This document shows, piece after piece, positions 8,498-14,803 of a stretch of 32,000 bases of DNA. Under the pieces are notes generated by a model. The model made no database searches. It worked only from the letters and a program-made list of their open reading frames with translations, and was not told the origin of the DNA. The DNA comes from Gammaproteobacteria bacterium (GTDB lineage Bacteria; Pseudomonadota; Gammaproteobacteria; JBIOEC01): assembly GCA_965279305.1 (NCBI GenBank), contig OZ257143.1, forward strand, positions 1,837,760 through 1,869,759. The letters run 5' to 3'. Position 1 is the first letter of the stretch; each line of letters opens with the position of its first letter. The translations under genes were made by a program, and so were the position numbers.

Positions 8498-9087
8498 GCT
8501 TAAGCCCACTTCAATTTATTTCGTTTACTATTTTGGCTGGTGTGTTAATTATGTTAACACTCACCTGGCTTGCTCCTACGCCTATTTCTTCTGTAAAAAA
8601 ATGGCCTAACAATGTGCCACAATGGTTTTCTACTGAAACCACTAGCACCAAAATGGCAGCAACCGGAAAACCAGAACAAATTGTAAGCGCAACCAAATTG
8701 TTTCATTATGAACAACAAAAAGAAACTGAAATTATTGAACCTCGCGCCACTATATTTAATACTGAATCTACACCTTGGCAAATGAAAGCCAACCGAGGTA
8801 TTGCCAAACATGAAAATGCTTTAGAAGAAATGAGTGAATTAGATTTATATGACAATGTAGTTATTTGGCGTGACGCTGATCAAACGCATGCTTTTAGTGA
8901 AATGACCACTGAGTTTTTACAATTTTTTCCAGAAGACAATATGGTTAAAACTGATGTATTCGTTAATTTTAAATACGGACAACACAGCACTTCAAGCATA
9001 GGCTTAGAAGCCGATTTAGATACACAACAAGTGAAATTATTAAACACCGTTAACAGCCAATATGTGCCCAATGAAAATAATCCATAA
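8494..9087 (+). CDS. lptC: LPS export system protein LptC
   Basis: N-terminal membrane anchor followed by an OstA-like domain, about 195 aa, positioned between kdsC and lptA. Confidence 0.8.
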   Translation: MSLSPLQFISFTILAGVLIMLTLTWLAPTPISSVKKWPNNVPQWFSTETTSTKMAATGKPEQIVSATKLFHYEQQKETEIIEPRATIFNTESTPWQMKANRGIAKHENALEEMSELDLYDNVVIWRDADQTHAFSEMTTEFLQFFPEDNMVKTDVFVNFKYGQHSTSSIGLEADLDTQQVKLLNTVNSQYVPNENNP

Positions 9088-9619
9088 TGTATTGATAACG
9101 CTATTATTACTATTCGTACCTCTATCGGTATGGAGTGCAACTACCCCCAGTTCTGATCCCATTAGCTCTGATTTAACAAAGTTAGCGGCGGGCGAATTAG
9201 AAATTGATTCAGACAGCGCCGAAATTAATACACAAGAAGGCACTATTACATATTCCGGTAATGTGGTGGTTTCTCAAAAAACACGTAAGCTTACCGGAAA
9301 CACTTTAATTATTTATCGTAATGCCGCCGGCGATATTACCAAAGTGGTAATGAAAGGAACGCCAGTGCATTATAGAGGGCAAGTAGAAAACAAACCTGAT
9401 ATTATCAATGCTTACGCCAGCTCCATGGAATATGATTTACCCAATGAGCTACTCTATTTAAGAGGCAATGCACGCATAGAGCGCGATGGCGATATTTATC
9501 AAGCACCTGAAATACAGTATGATGTAAAAAGCGGAATAGCCAGCTCAGTGGCCACTCCTACAGGACGCACCCATATTACTATTGATCCAGAATCTATAAA
9601 AAATGAACCCAAGCAATAA
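9062..9619 (+). CDS. lptA: LPS export periplasmic protein LptA (alternative start 9071, MKIIHNV...)
   Basis: Signal peptide [23 protein letters not shown], OstA N-terminal-type beta-rich sequence, conserved synteny. Confidence 0.85.
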   Translation: MCPMKIIHNVLITLLLLFVPLSVWSATTPSSDPISSDLTKLAAGELEIDSDSAEINTQEGTITYSGNVVVSQKTRKLTGNTLIIYRNAAGDITKVVMKGTPVHYRGQVENKPDIINAYASSMEYDLPNELLYLRGNARIERDGDIYQAPEIQYDVKSGIASSVATPTGRTHITIDPESIKNEPKQ

Positions 9620-10343
9620 ACATACACTAAAAGCCGTTGCCCTAGGCAAACATTATAAAAAACGACAAGTGGTTAAAAACGTGTCGCTTGAAGTCAATAG
9701 CGGTGAAATTGTAGGTCTACTTGGGCCCAATGGTGCCGGTAAAACCACCTGCTTTTATATGGTAGTGGGTTTAGTGCCTTGCGATTCAGGCCAAGTATTT
9801 TTAGATGGCAAAGATATAACCTCTTTACCCATGCACTTAAGAGCGCGCTTAGGAATTGGTTATCTTCCCCAAGAGCCTTCTGTGTTCAGAAAACTTTCGG
9901 TATCCGACAATATTTTAGGCATTCTCGAAACCCGCGAAACGCTATCACAAGATGAGCGCATTGATATATTAGAAAACCTATTAGAAGAATTTAACCTCAA
10001 ACAAATTCGCGATAACTTAGGCATCAGCTTATCCGGTGGTGAACGCCGTCGTGTAGAAATTGCTAGAGCCATTGCTGCTAACCCTCAATTTATATTATTA
10101 GACGAGCCGTTTGCGGGTGTAGATCCTATCTCGGTTATTGATATTAAACGCATTATTCGTCAATTACAGCAACGCAAAATCGGTATTCTTATCACTGACC
10201 ATAATGTGAGAGAAACCTTAGATATCTGCGAACGCGCCTATATCGTAGGCCACGGTGAAATCCTTACCCATGGCGATCCTACGCATATTCTGGCTAACAA
10301 AAAAGTCCGCGAAATCTACCTGGGCGAAGAATTTAAGCTCTAG
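9603..10343 (+). CDS. lptB: LPS export ABC transporter ATPase LptB
   Basis: Walker [13 protein letters not shown] signature LSGGERRR, Walker [12 protein letters not shown], 246 aa. Confidence 0.95.
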   Translation: MNPSNKHTLKAVALGKHYKKRQVVKNVSLEVNSGEIVGLLGPNGAGKTTCFYMVVGLVPCDSGQVFLDGKDITSLPMHLRARLGIGYLPQEPSVFRKLSVSDNILGILETRETLSQDERIDILENLLEEFNLKQIRDNLGISLSGGERRRVEIARAIAANPQFILLDEPFAGVDPISVIDIKRIIRQLQQRKIGILITDHNVRETLDICERAYIVGHGEILTHGDPTHILANKKVREIYLGEEFKL

Positions 10344-10413
10344 CCTACCGCCCTCGCAAAGCCTGAGGTACCGGAGTATAATAAGATCATATCAACCAAG
10401 CACGGAGCGCAGT

Positions 10414-10692
10414 ATGGAAATTAATATTACCGGTCAACAATTTGAGCTAACCCCTGCCGTTAAAGCTTATGCTGAAGAAAAGCTAGGCAAAATAACCCAG
10501 CAGTTAGACCATATTATAAAAATTCATGTAGTTTTGAAAATAGAAAAAAATAGCAATATTGCTCATGCCGACTTACACGCTAAAGGCCATGATTTATATG
10601 CCAAAGCAGAAGCCGGTGATATGTATGCAGCCATCGATTTACTCGCTGAAAAGCTGCTGCAACAAGCACGTAAACTAAAAGATCAGCATTAA
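10414..10692 (+). CDS. hpf: Ribosome hibernation promoting factor (short HPF/YhbH type)
   Basis: MEINITGQQFELTPAVKAYAEEKL...HADLHAKG is typical of short HPF. ATG 10414 follows GGAGCGCAGT; the 10255 start in the ORF track overlaps lptB and adds non-homologous sequence. Confidence 0.85.
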   Translation: MEINITGQQFELTPAVKAYAEEKLGKITQQLDHIIKIHVVLKIEKNSNIAHADLHAKGHDLYAKAEAGDMYAAIDLLAEKLLQQARKLKDQH

Positions 10693-10699
10693 TATTATT

Positions 10700-11545
10700 A
10701 TGAAACTACTTATTGTTAGCGGACGCTCAGGATCAGGCAAAAGTATTTGCTTGCACTTGCTTGAAGATCTAGGCTTTTACTGCGTAGACAATTTGCCGCT
10801 CGATTTGTTTTTACATTTATGCGAACAAATCAAAGAGCAATATCCGCGAGTAGCCGTGAGCATTGATGCCCGTAGCTCTTCTACCTCTGACTTGAGTCGT
10901 TTCGATAGTATTTTAAAAGAAGCCAAAGCAAAAGGTTATAATCCAACGGTTTTATATTTAGATGCTAGCTCTAATATTTTATTACAACGCTATAGCGAAA
11001 CTCGCCGCAAACATCCGCTCACCAATGAAAAAACGCCATTAAAGGACGCGATTGAAGCTGAACGCAAATTATTAAGCCCTATTGCTAACGTAGCAGATAT
11101 TACTATTGATACCACAGAATTAAATAGCCAAGAGCTAGGCGCCTTATTGCGTGATCGCATCGTAGGACAATACAGTGGCCTCTCTATTTTATTTGAATCG
11201 TTTGGATATAAACACGGTATACCTGATGATGCGGATTATGTATTTGATATTCGCTGCTTGCCCAATCCTTATTGGCAACCAGGTATGAGAGATCTAAGCG
11301 GTTTAGATAAAACTGTAATTGAATTTTTAGATACGCAAGAAAGCGTGCAAGCTATGGAAAAAGATATTGAAACCTTCTTAGATAAATGGATCCCCGCATT
11401 TGCAAACGACAAACGTAGCTATTTAACCGTAGCCATTGGATGTACAGGCGGAAGACACCGTTCTGTATATTTAGTAGAGCGCTTAGCCAAACACTATAAA
11501 GAAAAATACCCCGGCATCCTCACCCGCCACCGCGACCTAAAATAA
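10700..11545 (+). CDS. rapZ: RNase adapter protein RapZ (YhbJ)
   Basis: P-loop VSGRSGSGKS, C-terminal CTGGRHRSV motif, 281 aa, conserved synteny. Confidence 0.93.
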   Translation: MKLLIVSGRSGSGKSICLHLLEDLGFYCVDNLPLDLFLHLCEQIKEQYPRVAVSIDARSSSTSDLSRFDSILKEAKAKGYNPTVLYLDASSNILLQRYSETRRKHPLTNEKTPLKDAIEAERKLLSPIANVADITIDTTELNSQELGALLRDRIVGQYSGLSILFESFGYKHGIPDDADYVFDIRCLPNPYWQPGMRDLSGLDKTVIEFLDTQESVQAMEKDIETFLDKWIPAFANDKRSYLTVAIGCTGGRHRSVYLVERLAKHYKEKYPGILTRHRDLK

Positions 11546-11553
11546 TATTATCT

Positions 11554-11617
11554 CGTCATTGCGAGCTTGCGAAGCAAGCGTGGCAATCCACATCAAAAAA
11601 TAGTATATTCAGTAAAC
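11554..11617 (+). repeat. REP-like hairpin element, copy 1 (CGTCATTGCGA[GCTTGC-GAA-GCAAGC]GTGGCAATCCACATC plus an AAAAT..ATTCAG..AAA tail)
   Basis: Outer arms ATTGC/GCAAT and a perfect 6-bp inner stem. An inverted homologous copy lies at 14712-14754. Confidence 0.8.
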
Positions 11618-11682
11618 TATCAGGTTGGGATGGGTAGGTAATTCGCCAAGAGCCGCATCTTGTTGAGTCTTGGTAAAATATT

Positions 11683-11985
11683 TTAGGCGGCTTTTGAGGA
11701 GATGGGTTTAATCCAAGAGAGTCCTTTTCCTGTGTGTTCAATTTCCCACAAATCGTAAGCACTTTGCATGCGTAGCAATACCGCAGGATCCACTCTCAAT
11801 AAGCGCCCTAACTTTGCCGCTAAATCTGGAGTTAAACGTAATCTTTCATTTAAAATACCTGATAAGGTATTGCGAGATACATCAATACGCTTGCTAATTT
11901 CTTGCTGGGTTAACTCTACCGCAGGCAAAATGATAATTCTTAAAAAAGCTCCTGGATGAGTGGGCTTTCTATTACTGGGCTTCAT
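11683..11985 (-). CDS. higA: HigA-family antitoxin / XRE-type HTH protein (no adjacent toxin gene)
   Basis: HPGAFLRIIILPAVELTQQEISKRIDVSRNTLSGILNERLRLTPDLAAKLGRLL matches the HigA/VapI HTH pattern (HPGE.L.E..L.P.g.s...lA..lgv....is.i.ngkr.it.d.AlrL...f). Confidence 0.8.
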   Translation of the reverse strand: MKPSNRKPTHPGAFLRIIILPAVELTQQEISKRIDVSRNTLSGILNERLRLTPDLAAKLGRLLRVDPAVLLRMQSAYDLWEIEHTGKGLSWIKPISSKAA

Positions 11986-12017
11986 TAGTGATAATCCTCT
12001 AAATCAATTATGATAAA

Positions 12018-12056
12018 ACTATACTGCCATTTATTGAAATGTGTCAACTTTTGACA
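12018..12056 (-). promoter_or_regulatory. Putative higA promoter with overlapping palindromic operator
   Basis: On the - strand: TTGACA (12047-12042), an 18-nt spacer, TATAGT (12023-12018), then the GAGGA RBS. The -35 box is half of the palindrome TGTCAA-CTT-TTGACA (12042-12056). Confidence 0.5.
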
Positions 12057-12093
12057 TGCAAAAATACTGATCATATCAGAATCTTCCGACCAG

Positions 12094-12164
12094 ACCCCGT
12101 CATTTTTCTCCTGAAAGATCTCTTTCTTTTCCCCATAGTGGGAGGAGAAAAAAGCGGGGTGACA
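12094..12164. repeat. Long imperfect hairpin element, copy A
   Basis: ACCCC (12094-98) pairs with GGGGT (12156-60) and TTTTTCTCC (12103-11) pairs with GGAGAAAAA (12144-52). The 20-mer GAGAAAAAAGCGGGGTGACA recurs at 17/20 identity at 14649-14668. Confidence 0.6.
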
Positions 12165-12190
12165 GATTAAGCTTTTGTAAATGTTTTAAA

Positions 12191-12911
12191 TTAGGGTGGT
12201 GGTCGCCTTATTACAAATGGATTTGGTTTTGGGGCTGGTCGATTAAAGTTTTTATCGACAAGAGCTCCTGCTTCCTTTCCTTCCAACGCAGATTCATCAT
12301 TGGTAAACGCTACGATCTTACGATTTAATTCATAAGGAAGCATCCAGAAAAAACCCGTATTAGTAGTAAGCGATTGATAAACCATACGAGCATTTTTTAT
12401 AACTTCCCCCCTATTCCTAATCTTATTCCGTGAAATCTCACCAATAACCTCTCGTCTTGTTGGTTTATTCAATGCAGGGGGATATACGGGGCATAATAAT
12501 CTTATGTCAGGCAAACTAGATTCCCATCCAACACATTGCTCAAATACACGTTCATCACGCATAATAAAATTAACAATCACTCTCGCTTGTTTTGGAAATT
12601 GCTGTAACACTTCCGTCAGTTCTATACCAGTGACATTGTTAATAAGACGTTTAAATTCACCTTTGACGCGAAGAAGGATCCGAATAGCCTGTGGTGCATA
12701 GTTAGGAGTAAGACACCCTAATGCGCATAGATCGTAATGATCCTTAATGATACGTTTAAATTCTGGAATATTATTAACGAGAAGATGAGTAAGAGGGCCA
12801 AAGATATTGTGGGAACCTTTGTTTTACAACATAGAAATCTGTATAGGATTTAAAAAGAGATTGAAAAGCACAGAGATTGCTTAAAGCTTCTTGTATGTCT
12901 TGTTCTTTCAT
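12191..12911 (-). pseudogene. F-box-motif protein gene split by a frameshift (frame 1 at 12911-12774, frame 2 open at 12823-12191)
   Basis: ATG 12911 has a strong RBS (GAGGAGTATCCATT-ATG) but the frame stops after 45 codons. The overlapping frame is open for 71 codons upstream of its first possible start (GTG 12610) with no start codon. It encodes MLPYELNRKIVAF and a Pro-rich tail. Confidence 0.55.
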
Positions 12912-13025
12912 AATGGATACTCCTCGTTATTATTAAAGGGACAACTTGAGTGTTCCATAAAATTAAAATAAAAACAAGCCACTTTTTTATAAAGCGATTA
13001 AAAAAATTCAATAAGGTTTTATTTA

Positions 13026-13901
13026 TTAGCTGGGGTTGGGGCCATATAAATAGTTAGATGACGGAGGTGCAGGAGAAGTCGCTCGAAGTTCACCTGGAGG
13101 AGAAGGTGGTGGTTTTGGAAATTCACTTTCAAGAGCGGCCTTTTGTTCTGCAGTTAAATCGATGATGTCTTGAATGGTGCGCTTCTTCTCTATAACTAAA
13201 TGTCCCCAATCTGTGATATTGAAAAACTGTATCATGTTGAGATCTTTAATTTGATCAAATGACAACACTCTACTTTTCATCAATGCGTGAATGTTTTCGT
13301 TATTAAAATTAGAAGATTGAGTACCTTTTAAATCGCTAATTTGCTTAAAGCACACTATTCCAGCGATTAGCATTCCTCGAAGCACTGAATTATCAATATG
13401 AAGTCCTGAATCCCAGCTTAAATTCTTAGCATCTGGCAGTGAGAGTATTCCGCTCGCAACAAAAGCCTTAATAGTGTGTAATCTCAGAGGCTCTTTACCA
13501 TCAGGAAAATTTCTCCTTCTAAGTTCTTGTTCAATTTCTGCAAGAATGCGTCTTTCCTCTTCAGTTATTTGACCCCGCATAATTCTTGAAACAGAATCAT
13601 TAGAAGTACCTGAAAGGACTTGTTCAAGAACCGTAAAAGCACGCTCCCACCCTTCTTGACCAAGAGTGCGATATAAAATCAGTCTTTTTTCACGTTCGTT
13701 TTTATATAATGCTATAACATCATTTAATGGTATTGTTCTGTATTCTGGTAATAAACGATCTCGATAAATTAAAGTATCCTCGCTAAGCGCTCTATGTGCT
13801 CTTGATACTTGAGCCAAACGACCACGTTCTTTATCGCCTAAATATAAACGTACTATTCTTAGAGCAAGTTCATAAGGCAAATTTCCGATAAGACCTGTCA
13901 T
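13026..13901 (-). CDS. F-box domain protein with four ~30-aa tandem repeats and a proline-rich C-terminus (eukaryotic-like effector candidate)
   Basis: The N-terminal LPYELALRIVRLYLGDKERGRLAQVSRAHRAL fits the F-box consensus LPxEhhxxIhxxL...L..V.+.W. Repeats are listed in findings. Confidence 0.75.
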   Translation of the reverse strand: MTGLIGNLPYELALRIVRLYLGDKERGRLAQVSRAHRALSEDTLIYRDRLLPEYRTIPLNDVIALYKNEREKRLILYRTLGQEGWERAFTVLEQVLSGTSNDSVSRIMRGQITEEERRILAEIEQELRRRNFPDGKEPLRLHTIKAFVASGILSLPDAKNLSWDSGLHIDNSVLRGMLIAGIVCFKQISDLKGTQSSNFNNENIHALMKSRVLSFDQIKDLNMIQFFNITDWGHLVIEKKRTIQDIIDLTAEQKAALESEFPKPPPSPPGELRATSPAPPSSNYLYGPNPS

Positions 13902-14131
13902 TTGAGTACCTTTAAACGATATAAATTAACAGCGCCCATTTTAAGCTATTTAAATAAATAATTCAAATTCGCCCCTTAAGTGGGCACTTACATGAACCAC
14001 GCCCCGCTAAATCGACCACTGAGAAACAAGGAGGGTGTCGCGTAACAGGAAGATTATTTTCTGAGTTTGGCCTATAATAGCTTATCTGCGCCATTAAACG
14101 TTAATGTTGTATTAGGGACAAAGAGACGATA

Positions 14132-14371
14132 ATGAGTCCAACAGTTTTTAAGTCAGGTTCATATAGATTTTACTTTTTTTCTAGGGAAGAGCCTAGAAAA
14201 CATGTACATGTTACATGTCCAGATGGGGAGGCAAAGTTTTGGATAGAGCCTATTGTTTCTTTAGCCACGTCTACTGGCTTATCAAAGAAACAACTAAAAG
14301 AAATTCAATCATTAGTGGAGAGTCATATCGATGAAATTAGCAAAGCGTGGAAAAAGCATTTCGGCAATTGA
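14132..14371 (+). CDS. DUF4160-family small protein
   Basis: 79 aa: SGSYRFYFFSREEPRKHVHV...GEAKFWIEP...ISKAWKKHF matches my memory of the DUF4160 pattern (G.yrf.fys.E...PHiHv...geaKfwl.P). Confidence 0.7.
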   Translation: MSPTVFKSGSYRFYFFSREEPRKHVHVTCPDGEAKFWIEPIVSLATSTGLSKKQLKEIQSLVESHIDEISKAWKKHFGN

Positions 14372-14588
14372 TATCAATCTCACACAGTTTGGTATGTGGT
14401 TATGCTTATCTGATGAAGAATTCTTTTTATCCTATGAAGACTATCCTTTCTTCAAAACAGCCAAAGTCAACGATATTTATCAGGTTGAACTACATCACAA
14501 AAATCATCTCTATTGGCCTAATTTGGATGTAGATTTGAGTGTGGATATTTTAAAAAATCCGCATCACTTCCCCTTATTAGCACATTGA
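14331..14588 (+). CDS. DUF2442-family small protein (overlaps the upstream gene by 41 nt)
   Basis: FLSYEDYPFFKTAKVNDIYQVELHHKNHLYWPNLDVDLSVDILKNPHHFPL matches the DUF2442 pattern (..fPwf..At..ql.nve.....l.Wp.lDvDls.d.l..Pe.fPL). Confidence 0.7.
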   Translation: MKLAKRGKSISAIDINLTQFGMWLCLSDEEFFLSYEDYPFFKTAKVNDIYQVELHHKNHLYWPNLDVDLSVDILKNPHHFPLLAH

Positions 14589-14614
14589 TGCATGTTTCAA
14601 ACCAATTTTTAGAT

Positions 14615-14668
14615 AGAACCGTACTTTTCTTTTATAGTTTTTTTGGTAAAGAAAAAAGAAGGGTGACA
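14615..14668. repeat. Hairpin element, copy B (shorter and degenerate, same orientation as copy A)
   Basis: The AGAACCGTACTTTTCTTT...AAAGAAAAAAGAAGGGTGACA arms pair (TTTTCTTT/AAAGAAAA). ATAGT and the 3' 20-mer are shared with copy A. Confidence 0.5.
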
Positions 14669-14690
14669 CACGGAGCATAATCAATCTAAT

Positions 14691-14803
14691 AAGGCTTTTC
14701 TGAATCATTTTGGATGTGGATTGCCGCGGCCGCTACGCGGCCTCGCAATGACGGAAAAGGTTTTCTGAATCATTTTAGAAATAAAGGGTTTCCGAATCGT
14801 TTT
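14691..14803 (-). repeat. REP-like hairpin element, copy 2 (14712-14754, inverted relative to copy 1), embedded in three ~20-bp direct repeats
   Basis: The reverse complement reads CCGTCATTGCGA[GGCCGC-GTA-GCGGCC]GCGGCAATCCACATCC. Direct repeats: AAGGCTTTTCTGAATCATTTT (14691-14711), AAGGTTTTCTGAATCATTTT (14757-14776), AAGGGTTTCCGAATCGTTTT (14784-14803). Confidence 0.8.

Noticed and set aside
10255-10413. N-terminal extension of the hpf ORF overlapping lptB
   Set aside because: The extension overlaps the lptB 3' end in another frame and has no HPF similarity. ATG 10414 gives the canonical MEINITG... start with an RBS.
11556-11762. 68-aa ORF on the - strand across REP copy 1
   Set aside because: It overlaps the higA 3' end and reads through the hairpin repeat. 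ORFs of this kind are typical artefacts of REP-type elements.
11986-12190. Search for a HigB toxin gene or remnant upstream of higA, including a 21-codon basic ORF (MGKRKRSFRRKMTGSGRKILI) inside hairpin element A
   Set aside because: The space is too short for a ~90-100 aa RelE-fold toxin. The mini-ORF has no RBS and lies within purine/pyrimidine repeat arms, so it is most likely fortuitous.
14084-14113. Possible dif/Xer site (CTGCGCCATTAAACGTTAATGTTGTATTA), considered because transcription converges here
   Set aside because: Only about 5/11 (XerC arm) and 8/11 (XerD arm) matches to the gammaproteobacterial dif consensus as I recall it, with ambiguous spacing. Ribosomal protein operons are usually origin-proximal. 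The match is not convincing.
14347-14532. 61-aa ORF in an alternative frame within the DUF2442 gene
   Set aside because: It lies entirely within a better-supported frame carrying conserved family motifs.
14691-14803. CRISPR-like appearance of short direct repeats (also at 18550-18612)
   Set aside because: There are only 3-4 units of about 16-20 bp with degenerate sequence, the spacers are not unique and uniform in length, and there are no cas genes. They are not CRISPR arrays.
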